Source: Macrostomum lignano (Eukaryota). Taken from it: DNA of 64,000 nucleotides. Position numbers and translations under genes: made by a program. The stretch lies in NCBI GenBank assembly GCA_002269645.1, contig NIVC01000405.1, forward strand, positions 304,956 to 368,955. Reading direction: 5' to 3'. This document shows positions 35,701 to 46,827 of this stretch, one piece after another (position 1 is the stretch's first letter; each line of letters begins with the position of its first letter). Below the pieces are notes generated by a model. It was not told the origin of the DNA and did no database searches. It saw nothing but the letters and a program-made list of their open reading frames with translations.

Positions 35701-38373
35701 CGGAATCGAATCAAGTTCAAGCGCAGTCGGTTGTACTTTCACCCACATCTAGCGCCAATCAGTTTTTAGCGTCAAGTAGTTTTGTTGACAATCAAACTGA
35801 TTTGCAACTGTCAACTGGGGACAAGTCAACGGTTGCTATGGTAAGTTCTGCGGTATGGTAGTGAGTCGCATGACAACCCCCTAGTCCAGCTTCTCAGGCT
35901 CACAGGTTCACATACCGCATTCTGTTGTACATCAGGTGTTCCGATGTACATCCACTGTCGTAGCCCCTCTCTCACACACACTAAATAAGCCGATGCTTAG
36001 AGCTAGGCGAAGCATCCGGATGCAGCGAGGAGGCGTTGCCCCCCCCCCATTTTGCTAACCCCTAGCGACCACGGGCTGCTAATCCGGTGGTGCTGGTGTC
36101 CGCAGCGCGGTCCACCTCCGGAGAGTCCAGGAGGTGGATGGTCGCTCGCCCGGTAGCCCTTAGGTAGCGGACGAGCTGGCAGAGATTCTCGGGCCTGAGG
36201 CGAAGCATGTCGTATTATTAATTAATATATAATTATAACATAAAAGACATATAATTAATGTCTTTTTGTCATTGCCGCCAATAATCTCAAAAGCGACTTC
36301 TACTACAATGTACATAACTGGGGACATCATTAATTATTTTAGGACGAGAAGACCGACTCGTCTGCTCCGATTGTTGATGACCAGCCAGCGGATGTTTCTG
36401 CGGGCCAGCAGCAGCCGCCGCCGCAGCCGCCATCGCCGCCGCCACCTCCGCCAATGCCTTCGTTGCCGCCTCCGCTGCCGCCGTTGCCGCCACTGCCTGC
36501 TCTGGCTTCGCCTGGCAGCCTGCCGCCGCCGTCCTCCTTGCTGCAGTCACCGCCGCTGCCTCTGCCGACACAGCCGCCGTTGCTGCCGCCGCCGCCTTCG
36601 CAGCCGACTTCGCTACAGCTGACTGACGAAGCTGGCGAAGGTTCAGACGGTCAGCCAATCAGCGTAGGCGGAGGCCAACCTCGAACGCCTTGCAGTTCAC
36701 CGCCTCCAGCTGTTGATCCCGCTGCTACTGCTACTACTGCTGCATATAATAAAGCAGTAGATAATGCAAACGAATCCGAAACTAAAGTTAATAATAGTGC
36801 AAATCTAACTAGCTGCGATAAGGAGGAGCAGCTATATGAAACCGAAGTATTAGATGAAATCATTGACGAAGAAGACGAATATTACAACGTTGATGATCGC
36901 GACGATAATTCCTGGTCGGCCAATCGGCCGAAAACGCCGGACACGGAGCCGCCCGACGATGAGGACCAATCGGCGGCAGCTGCCGAAGTCGAAGCCGCCA
37001 GCGCGTCGTCTGTTAACGCTGAAGACACGGTTAGAGAGATATTGAAACGCGATCAAGAGATTCGCGATATGCAAGAACTAGCGGCTTTGGAGCGTCGGAA
37101 AACCAAGCTGATGTATCAGCTCAGGTATGTCGAACGGCAGAAGAAGCCGACGCGACATCACAGCGGCAGCGGCGGCAGCGGCGAGGCCGCCTCGAGTTCA
37201 ACAAGTCGACGAGTGCAAGTTGTGCAACCGCTGCAGCAGCAGCAGCAACAGCAACAGTTGGCAAAGCAAAAGCAACAACTGCCCTCCTCTTCTGCTGCTG
37301 CTGCTTCGGCGGCTGCTTCCACTACTCGAGCTAAGCAGCCTCCGTCAAATTTAGGCGACCTTCAGCAGATGCTAATGAACACAATTAACAAGTTAAACGA
37401 GCAGCTGCACGCTGTCGTTGCTAGCGGAAGCGGTGCGACCGCTTCGAGTCGGTCTGCTTCTTCCGGTGCCGCTTCGTCTGGCACTGCTAATGCTGCTGTT
37501 GCTGCTGCTTCGAATGCTCCGTCTACTAGCGAGGCTGAGAAGCCTACTGGAAGTGGCGCAGCTCAAAAATCTACTGGTGGGTTCAGTTTAAACTATTTTT
37601 TTACCATGACTGTCTCGATTTACCAAAACCCGCAGCTTAAGCTCAGGCCAGTTGGTCAGTTGTTTGGCCAGCCTCCCAGATCCTCAGTTGCTGGGCTACC
37701 ATCCTCCCAGATCCTCAGTTGCTGGGCTACCAGCCTTCCAGATCCTCAGTTGCTGGGCTACCAGCCTCCCAGATCCTCAGTTGCTGGGCTACCAGCCTCC
37801 CAGATCCTCAGTTGCTGGTCCAGCCTCCCAGATCCTCAGTTGCTGGTCCAGCCTCCCAGATCCTCAGTTGCTGGTCCAGCCTCCCAGATCCTCAGTTGCT
37901 GGTCCAGCCTCCCAGATCCTCAGTTGCTGGTCCAGCCTCCCAGATCCTCAGTTGCTGGTCCAGCCTCCCAGATCCTCAGTTGCTGGTCCAGCCTCCCAGA
38001 TCCTCAGTTGCTGGTCCAGCCTCCCAGATCCTCAGTTGCTGGTCCAGCCTCCCAGATCCTCAGTTGCTGGTCCAGCCTCCCAGATCCTCAGTTGCTGGTC
38101 CAGCCTCCCAGATCCTCAGTTGCTGGTCCAGCCTCCCAGATCCTCAGTTGCTGGTCCAGCCTCCCAGATCCTCAGTTGCTGGTCCAGCCTCCCAGATCCT
38201 CAGTTGCGGGGCCACCGCCGCCACCCTTTCAGACCCTATCGTATCTAACCAACAAGACATTCCTCTATCCATTTCCAGGCTGTCAGTCGCACAGCAAAGA
38301 CTTCCCAGTTCGCGGCTATTCAGGCATCGGTCGCGACGAAACGAAGGCTCGACCTCGTATGCCGCCGCAGTGA
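26726..38373 (+). CDS. KMT2E: KMT2E/SETD5 (MLL5/UpSET) family PHD + SET protein
   Basis: Exons: 26726-27816, 28600-28769, 29412-30400, 31456-31548, 32319-33338, 35268-35840, 36343-37576, last exon probably 38279-38373 (frame uncertain). Spliced PHD [27 protein letters not shown]...YQCEQCQPK; SET with ARYVRRSCRPNC and ELTLPFDFDY...CAC; family motifs DREERWMQAM and KKRWL. KMT2E vs SETD5 orthology not resolvable; the PHD favours a KMT2E/UpSET-type architecture. Confidence 0.88.
27860..28370. repeat. 20-bp intronic minisatellite
   Basis: Unit TGAGTAGCTCAGGTGTCCCT in KMT2E intron 1. Confidence 0.9.
29090..29355. repeat. 32-bp intronic minisatellite
   Basis: Unit TGAAACACACCATAAACACACTACAAACAGTC in intron 2. 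Confidence 0.9.
30500..31020. repeat. 34-bp intronic minisatellite with 4-unit higher-order pattern
   Basis: Unit ATAGGTCATTAACCTACTCACTCGGGATACTCCA with recurring variants, intron 3. Confidence 0.9.
31905..32190. repeat. ~21-bp degenerate intronic minisatellite
   Basis: Unit similar to AAAGTACAAATATACACCCTA, intron 4. Confidence 0.8.
33510..34920. repeat. 22-bp intronic minisatellite (~1.4 kb)
   Basis: Unit CTGCACGCTTTAGAGTCCATT[C/T], intron 5. Confidence 0.95.
36016..36197 (-). mobile_element. Short insertion homologous to a LINE 3' UTR, with 11-bp flanking direct repeat
   Basis: AGGCGAAGCAT at 36005-36015 and 36198-36208; colinear motifs (GGATGCAGCGA, AATCCGGTGGTG, ATGGTCGCTCGCCC, GACGAGCTG, GAGATTCTC) shared with 61399-61618. 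Confidence 0.6.
37666..38207. repeat. 28-bp minisatellite in the last KMT2E intron
   Basis: Unit CCAGCCTCCCAGATCCTCAGTTGCTGGT. Confidence 0.95.
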
Positions 38374-39099
38374 GCGAAATCCCTGTGCGTCATTGCCTGC
38401 CTGCCCGTAATTGTGAAGCCATTATTGTTCCGAGTATGTAGAGTAAATAAAATACTATTTGCGTTTTTACTGTGCTGCTTATGGTTAAAACATGACTCCG
38501 CGGTAGCGCTTGAATGAAGCATACGCCTCGCCTGTACAATGTACATTCTGGTTTTGATCCTCTGTCCCTCCGTCTCATACTACTGTTTATTTTGCGTGAA
38601 ACTCTACATGTACAGTTATATACATTATATAATTAATTCTCTTGAATCATTCTCCATAACAAACTTCATTAATTAGCATTAACTATGAGTGAATCCCGTG
38701 TACCAGATGTACGTATAAATTCAATAAATTTCTTTACACATTTGCTAGGATGCACAGTAAATAGGGGCAGCTATGCGAGCGGTTTATTTTCAACAATTGT
38801 ATAATTGGTATGCAATTAATAGATAAATTTTATAGTAAGGATATTAATCGGTTAAACCAAACCAGCTGTTTCTAAAAGGGAATTTTTTTGTTTCTGTTGC
38901 GAACTTAACATATTTATTATGATTATATTTATGAACTTACCACCCGTAACTCCCTGCTTTGTAATTACTTAATTAATTAAATAAACTAATTCTAAAATGT
39001 AATCTGTTTCCTTATTTGTAAATTGTCCTCATTTGTCCTCATCCTGTGCTTTCTTTTTGCATTTTTATACATCTGCTTAGCTAGTTTTATCTTATTCAG

Positions 39100-39512
39100 T
39101 GTCTATCTGTCTACTGGTTATATCTCTCACCAGTGTCTATCTGTCTACTGGTTATATCTCTCACCCAGTGTCTATCTGTCTACTGGTTATATCTCTCACC
39201 CAGCGCCTATCTCTACTGGTTATATCTCTCACCCAGTGCCTATCTCTACTGGTTATATCTCTCACCCAGTGCCTATCTCTACTGGTTATATCTCTCACCA
39301 GTGCCTATCTCTACTGGTTATATCTCTCACCCAGTGCCTATCTCTACTGGGTATATCTCTCACCAACGCCTCTGTCTCTACTGGTTATATCTCTCACCCA
39401 GTGTCTATCTTTACTGGTTATATCTCTCACCCGGTGTCTATCTTTACTGGTTATATCTCTCACCCGGTGTCTATCTTTACTGGTTATATCTCTCACCCAG
39501 TGTCTATCTTTA
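39100..39512. repeat. 33-bp intergenic minisatellite
   Basis: Unit CTACTGGTTATATCTCTCACCCAGTGCCTATCT. Confidence 0.9.
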
Positions 39513-39703
39513 CTACGATGTCTTTAGGACTGTATGTAGTTTCTTTTCAATGTTTTTTTAACTAACTACTCAAGGTTGTATATATATATTTGTGGAGTGC
39601 AGTGCAGTGCACAGTTGAGACTCTTGATAGGTCATTGCTCAGCCACTCCCCTCCCACTCATCCGACTCATTCATCGGTCTATTTGACGCGAGTCAGCCCT
39701 TCC

Positions 39704-41321
39704 ATGGCATTTCTCTTACCCAATTTCGTAGGGTTATAGCTAATTCCATTGGCTAGTGGGCTCACTTTTATCTCCTCTCGGTTCTCTGAAGCTTCTTGTC
39801 ATCTGCGTTCTTTTTATTCTTTCGAAAGCAGCCTTTCATTTGCACGTACGAGCTACGTTTCTCTGAAAAAAGGGTGTGTCAGTTTATCAATTCAACGTAA
39901 ACTATTTGTCGTTCATACTAATGTGATTAAATTTACTATAACTAGGAGCGTATTATTTTAATTTTCATATCTACATGTCTTAGCCTGATGCAATGATTGG
40001 CCTACCGCGGCACTACGGCTGCGTGATTGCAGTTGGTAGCGCTGGTGTCCTGGTTAATATTGGACTGGCAGCTGCTGTTGTTGCCGCTAGGTGAGTATAG
40101 CTCACCTTTTTATTTGCATTCACTTCTGGACATCCCTTAATTTTGGGTGGATACGCGTGTGCAGCTTTCTTCCAGACCTTTCCTTTGATTCCCAGATCCT
40201 CATGTTGACCTTTTTATTGGTTCCCAGTTCCTCATAATGACCCTTCCATTGGTTCCCAGATTCTCATAATGACCTCATGTTTCATTGGTTCCCAGATCCT
40301 CATAATGACACATTGATTCCCAGATCCTCATGTTAACTTTTTAATTGGTTCCCTGATCCTCATAATGACACATTGATTCCCAGATCCTCATGTTAACCTT
40401 TTAATTGGTTCCCTGATCCTCATAATGACCCGTTGATTCCCAGATCCTCATAATCACCCATTGATTCCCAGATCCTCATGTTGACCTCATGTTTCATTGG
40501 TTCCCAGATCCTCATAATGACACATTGATTCCCAGATCCTCACGATAACCTTTTAATTGGTTCCCTGATCCTCATAATGACCCATTGATTCCCAGATCCT
40601 CATAATCACCCATTGATTCCCAGATCCTCATGTTGACCTCATGTTTAATTGGTTCCCTGATCCTCATAATGACCCATTGATTCCCAGATCCTCATAATCA
40701 CCCATTGATTCCCAGATCCTCATAATCACCCATTGATTCCCAGATCCTCATGTTGACCTTTACATTGGTTCCCAGATCCTTAAAATGACCCATTGATTCC
40801 CAGATCCTCATGTTGACCTTTACATTGGTTCCCAGATCCTTAAAATGACCCTTCCATTGGTTCCCAGATCCTTTTGTTGACCTTTCCATTGGTCCCCAGA
40901 ATCCCGGACCCTCATGTTGACCTTATTAGTACTTTGCTTGCATTTCAGACGCAGATACCAAATAAAATTTCCCAATATGCACCAGCTGGATGCTCCCGAC
41001 TTCAACTGGGCTGTTCAGGTGCACCTGGACTATTCTAGCGAGGCGGAATTTTTCTATTTCACTTTGCTGACTGGCGGCCTCGACTCTCCGCGACTGGCTG
41101 CTTTGGCTGGGCTGGCATTTCTACTGAGTCGGTCTGTTGCTAGGCAGCAGGTTGCTGCTCGTACCCGTACCGCACAGGCCGTTGGCAAGAGAGAACAAGT
41201 TTTTTCTCGAATTTTTTCAGCCGAGTTAGGCACTGGCGAATGGTCGCAGTTTAGCTGGATTGCATTTGGGATTATGCTGTATACTTCCTGCGCCTCTGCC
41301 GTGTCCCTGCTGCGCCAGTAA
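39704..41321 (+). CDS. Divergent MAPEG (MGST3-like) paralog lacking the GSH-binding motif
   Basis: Exons 39704-39727 (tentative), 39984-40090, 40949-41321, with a possible in-frame intron 41161 or 41167 to 41220. Translation MAFLLPNFPDAMIGLPRHYGCVIAVGSAGVLVNIGLAAAVVAARRRYQIKFPNMHQLDAPDFNWAVQVHLDYSSEAEFFYFTLLTGGLDSPRLAALAGLAFLLSR aligns without gaps to the neighbouring MGST3 over its core. Confidence 0.75.
40186..40905. repeat. Irregular minisatellite with CCCAGATCCTCA core (intron of MAPEG paralog)
   Basis: Units such as ATTGGTTCCCAGATCCTCATAATGACCC and ATTGATTCCCAGATCCTCATGTTGACC. Confidence 0.9.
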
Positions 41322-41417
41322 CCACTTGCTTACTGCACGTCAAGCTGCACTTTTAGCTCGGCACCGTCTTTATAGATATCCATGGCTCAGTGTGTGGCAT
41401 TATCTACGCCATGTGGA

Positions 41418-41804
41418 AGATTCTCAGTTGCTGGGCCAGCCTCCCAGATCCTCAGTTGCTGAGCCAGCCTCCCAGATCCTCAGTTGCTAGGCCAGCCTCC
41501 CAGATCCTCAGTTGCTGGCCCACCCTCCCAGATCCTCAGTTGCTGGCCCAGCCTCCCAGATCCTCAGTTGCTGATCCAGCCTCCCAAATCCTCAGTTGCT
41601 GATCCAGCCTCCCAGATCCTCAGTTGCTGATCCAGCCTCCCAGATCCTCAGTTGCTGATCCAGCCTCCCAGATCCTCAGTTGCTGGTCCAGCCTCCCAGA
41701 TCCTCAGTTGCTGGTCCAGCCTCCCAGATCCTCAGTTGCTGGTCCAGCCTCCCAGATCCTCAGTTGCTGGTCCAGCCTCCCAGATCCTCAGTTGCTGGGC
41801 CAGC
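41418..41804. repeat. Second array of the 28-bp CCAGCCTCCCAGATCCTCAGTTGCTGGT minisatellite
   Basis: Same unit as 37666-38207. Confidence 0.95.
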
Positions 41805-42319
41805 GCGTGCCACACTTTGATAGCCTCCAAAAATTTTCATGCAGGCAATGCTTCTCAAATGACCGAAATATTACTAAGTCATCATACGGGTTGTAGCCTA
41901 GATTACAAGAACTGAGCTCAGTAAAACAATGTTTTTTGACGGATGCTTTGTTTAGCTAGTTTTTTAAATGAAAACTACGTAGTCTTGAAGTTTTTGCACA
42001 AACCAAAAATTCTAGTCATTAATTTGCTAATTTCACTTTTCTGATGCCCAAATCCGTATTCGTAATTTGCTACTGCGTTACGGTGTCTTTAGTAGTATTA
42101 CCAGATTTTAAACTGAAGTTGTTTTTAAACGAGCTTGAGTATTAATTGTTAAGTCATCATTATTGCTGTTGTTAATCAGACTAAAATTCTTGTTAAAATT
42201 TTATCTTTCTACCAAGCATTTTTACTATGTCTATTGTGATTTCTTGCCTATTTAACTTTCACTACCTTTGGTACTTTCAGCTTTTTCATAGGCTGAACAT
42301 ATAATTATCCATACCTCAC

Positions 42320-43715
42320 TCATTGCCCCTATCCCACTCACAGAATCGCCCCAATTTCACTCATGAAATCGCTTCTACCACTAAGAATCCCTCCTCCCCA
42401 CTCATAGAATCACCCCTTAGCCACCCATAGAATCGCCATACACCACCCATAGAATCGCCATACACCACCCATAGAATCGCCATACACCACCCATAGAATC
42501 GCCATACACCACCCATAGAATCGCCATACACCACCCATAGAATCGCCTCAAACCACCCATAGAATCGCCATGAACAGCTCATAGAATCGCCTCAAACCAC
42601 CAATAGAATCGCCTCAAACCACCTATAGAATCGCCATGAACAGCTCATAGAATCGCCTCAAACCACCTATAGAATCGCCATGAACAGCTCATAGAATCGC
42701 CTCAAACCACCCATAGAATCGCCATGAACAGCTCATAGAATCGCCTCAAACCACCTATAGAATCGGCTCAAACCACCCATAGAATCACCATAAACCACCC
42801 ATAGAATCGCCATGAACAGCTCATAGAATCGCCTCAAACCACCTATAGAATCGCCATGAACAGCTCATAGAATCGCCTCAAACCACCCATAGAATCGCCA
42901 TGAACAGCTCATAGAATCGCCTCAAACCACCTATAGAATCGCCATGAACAGCTCATAGAATCGCCTCAAACCACCTATAGAATCGCCATGAACAGCTCAT
43001 AGAATCGCCTCAAACCACCCATAGAATCGCCATGAACAGCTCATTGAATCGCCTCAAACCACCTATAGAATCGCCATGAACAGCTCATAGAATCGCCTCA
43101 AACCACCTATAGAATCGCCATGAACAGCTCATAGAATCGCCTCAAACCACCCATAGAATCGCCATGAACAGCTCATAGAATCGCCTCAAACCACCTATAG
43201 AATCGCCATGAACAGCTCATAGAATCGCCTCAAACCACCTATAGAATCGCCATGAACAGCTCATAGAATCGCCTCAAACCACCCATAGAATCGCCATGAA
43301 CAGCTCATAGAATCGCCTCAAACCACCTATAGAATCGGCTCAAACCACCCATAGAATCGCCATAAACCACCCATAGAATCGTCATAAACAGCCCATAGAA
43401 TAGCCATAAACCACCTATAGAATCGCCATAAACCACCCATAGAATCGCCTCAAACCACCTATAGAATCGTCATAAACCGCCCATAGAATCGCCATGAACA
43501 GCTCATAAAATCGCCTCAAACCACCTACAGAATCGCCATAAACCACCCATAGAATCGTCATAAACAGCCCATAGAATCGCCATAAACCACCTATAGAATC
43601 GCTATAAACAGCCCATAGAATCGTCATAAACAGCCCATAGAATAGCCATAAACCACCTATAGAATCGCTATAAACAGCCCATAGAATCGCCGTAAACAGC
43701 CCATAGAACCGCCAT
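42320..43715. repeat. 22-bp minisatellite with 44-bp dimer structure, just upstream of MGST3
   Basis: Unit CCCATAGAATCGCCATACACCA; central alternating dimer CCTATAGAATCGCCATGAACAGCTCATAGAATCGCCTCAAACCA. Confidence 0.95.
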
Positions 43716-43753
43716 AACCAAAATTCGCACATTGCAGCCAATCTAAATTCGCC

Positions 43754-44713
43754 ATGCGCTTCCTGGACGCAATCAACGCGGTGAACCCGCATCTGCAGAA
43801 CGGCCTGCCCAAAGACTATGGCTGGGTTGTGCTAGCCGGCACGGGCGGCTTCGTTGTGAACATGCACCTGGCTAGGCAGGTCGGTCTGGCTAGGAAAAAG
43901 TTCGGCGTCGAATATCCCACAATGTATAGCGACAGTTCTAAGGAGTTCAACTGCGTGCAACGATCGCACCAGAACTATTTGGAGAACGCGCCTTTCTTCT
44001 ACTTCCTGCTGGCTTTCGGCGGCCTGCAGGTAAATTGTGTACCAATTTTCACCTTGATATGTAATTAACTAGCCATGACAGTAAGGTGTTCTGCTACACT
44101 GTCCTCGTGCTCGTCTTTAGTGTCCACCTCAGCATTAGTGTGTCCACCTCAGGATTAGTGTGTCCACCTCAGGATTAGTGTGTCCACCACAGGATTAGTG
44201 TGTCCAACTCAGCATTAGTGTGTCCAACTCAGCATTAGTGTGTACACCTCAGGATTAGTGTGTCCACTTCAGCATTAGTGTGTCCACTTCAGCATTAGTG
44301 TGTCCACCTCAGGATTAGTGTGTCCACTTCAGCATTAGTGTGTCCCTCTCAGAATTCAATTAGGTATCAATTGGTCGTGCAATTCGCGCTTAATCAGAGC
44401 CCAAACGGCCAAGGCACAGAGAGTGTACATATCTGAAGATGAGAAAGTCAGGGCGCCTTGAGCTATAAACTTTTAGCTGTTAATAAATTAATAAAACTAC
44501 TGTATGTATAACCCACCGATGCAGGCCCCCCGCTGCTCGGCCGCCTGCGGCGCTCTCTACCTACTCGGTCGGATCGCGTACGCTCGCGGCTACTCAAGCG
44601 GCGATCCTAAGAAACGCATGCGCGGCGCTTTCGGCTATATTGGCCTGCTGGGCCTCCTGATCAACACCCTGCTGCTTGGCGGCCGCATGATCCGGGCTGG
44701 CTGCGGTAAATGA
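43754..44713 (+). CDS. MGST3: Microsomal glutathione S-transferase 3 (MAPEG), 2 exons
   Basis: Exons 43754-44029 and 44525-44713 (phase 0, GT-AG), 154 aa: YGWVVL...[14 protein letters not shown]...[18 protein letters not shown]...[23 protein letters not shown]. Confidence 0.95.
44130..44350. repeat. 20-bp minisatellite in the MGST3 intron
   Basis: Unit CCTCAG[C/G]ATTAGTGTGTCCA. Confidence 0.9.
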
Positions 44714-46202
44714 GAGTTACCATTATAAATAGATCTTATTCATTCATCCATTCACGCTATCCAACTTTGAAATGGTTATCTCTGACTAATAGCAATTGGT
44801 TGTCAAGTGCTTAGAAAAATATAATCATTTATATGTAGATTTACAGCTGTAAAGAGAAGTGTGAATTCGCCATAGGATAACAGAAATTGTAGAATTAAAC
44901 TGTTCCTTGCTAAAACAAAATACAGTTATGTGCGCAACAGCTTACTCTCTTGTTGCAAAATATAAACAGTAACCAAGTATTGAATTTTTTTAAGTGTCCT
45001 TTGTTTAAAAAATCATTTTTCCTACATTTCGTTATATAAATTCGCTACTTGGCTACTCTTTGTATTCGTCATACGAGTAGACTATAACGAAAATAACGTA
45101 TTTTTGCAAGAAAGTTCAAATTTACATTCTGTTGTGTTCTGCGCTCCTGCGAAGCTGACTTGGGGTTTACAACACAGTAGAATTTCTGAATACCACCTGT
45201 TATCTACGCGCAACTTTAACAAATTTTATTTTTATTACAACTTCCTAGATTTAGTAAAACCTATCATTTTCACTGTCACTATCGGATCCAATAAAATAAA
45301 TAAATAATCATACAGACACATGTCTGACAATTGACAAACCAACTGTGTTGAGTAAAAGAACTATATGTATAAAAGCGTTTGATTTCAATTTTTTACTTTT
45401 AATTTGCTTTTATTAATACACGCCTAGGGATGCTTTTTAAATCATGCTTTCAAAGAAAAATAATTGAATATTGCCAGTACTCGTATATTCCACAAGATTT
45501 ACTGTCCAATCAATTCAGAGTGGTCGATAAATTACTCGTATTGGCTACTAGCTGTAGCAAATATTACACTATTGTGTAACAGCTAATTGAATACATCGAA
45601 AGGGCGAGTTTTTAGTAAGTACTAGTTACTCAATCCTGAATAAAAATTACGTTTATACGGTCCAGCTACAATCGAGTTAATTGCTGGACATATTGTGCTG
45701 AAATAATACGGTAATTTAATTGCACAATTAGTTGTGAAAGCTGAATAAAAAAACAATACTAGTAGCATATCGGATTGTAGCACAAATCACTTCGATTACG
45801 AGGATTTAAAATACGAGCTACGTCAGGGCACGTGAAAAATGGCAAACAAGCCAGTATGCAATAGGTTTTAATAAGTTGTACTGATCGAAATTATGTTAAA
45901 TAAGATAATTAAGAGGGGATCAAAATAACTTTAAAACTTAATCCAATAAGATTAGGCTCTAGGCTAGGCTCTCCGTAGCATACATACTAGTCTATTAGGA
46001 CACTCGTCTAGTGCTTGACATTGTTTCGTATATAGTTATATAGTAACAAGTCTCCCATTTGAGAAGATCATGATTAAAAAAGAACGTTCAACCGTGAACT
46101 ATTTCCAAGTTCATCTAATTTCGATCATGCCATACTACGAGTAGCATAGGTTCTGATTTTGCTATATAAGACAGCGCAACTTTAGTTATACGAGCTATAG
46201 AC

Positions 46203-46627
46203 TAGCAATCTAGTGCCCCCCTTCGGGGCGCCCAAAGCAAGGGACAAAAATTATGTGAATCATATTTGCCTTGACACCCCAGCAATTCCTCGCGTAATCC
46301 TTACCTTCTAAACAATTTTCCCAGTAAGCCTTTGACCTCTCAGCAATTCCTTGCGTAATCCTTAACTTCTTAACAACTTTCCCAGTAAGCCTTTGACCTC
46401 TCAGCAATTCCTCGCGTAATCCTTAACTTCTTAACATTTTCCCAGTAAGCCTTTGACCTCTCAGCAATTCCCCCGTAAGCCTTGAAATCTCAGCAATTCA
46501 CCCCGTAAGCCTGATCGACATATCAGCAATTTCCCCTAGTAGCAAGCATCCCCCAATAGCAAGCATGCATGCCCCTGATTGCTAGCACCCCCCAAATAGT
46601 AACCACCCCCAGATAGCAATCTAGTGC
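46203..46627 (-). mobile_element. ~400-bp insertion with 14-bp terminal direct repeats, internal 60-bp repeats and a Helitron-like hairpin/CTAG end
   Basis: TAGCAATCTAGTGC at 46203-46216 and 46614-46627; minus-strand end GCGCCCCGAAGGGGGGCAC-TAGATTG-CTAG followed by T. Confidence 0.4.
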
Positions 46628-46827
46628 AACTAATTCACTGGAAAATACATTAGAGACTTTAGAGTGATGCACGATTGTGAGTTGCGAAAAAGCTTTGTCA
46701 AAACATTCTGATCGACGTCGCAAGTTTTTTCGTTTTTTCTAAAATCAATAACATACCGACATAATTAAAAAAAATTTTTTTCTAAAATCAATAACATACC
46801 GACATAATTTAAAAAAAAATTTATAGT

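Noticed and set aside
37652-38441. Long ORFs over the 28-bp repeat, including the tail of the 639-aa ORF
   Set aside because: They are stop-free translations of a minisatellite; a donor at 37576 and an acceptor at 38278 place the repeat in an intron.
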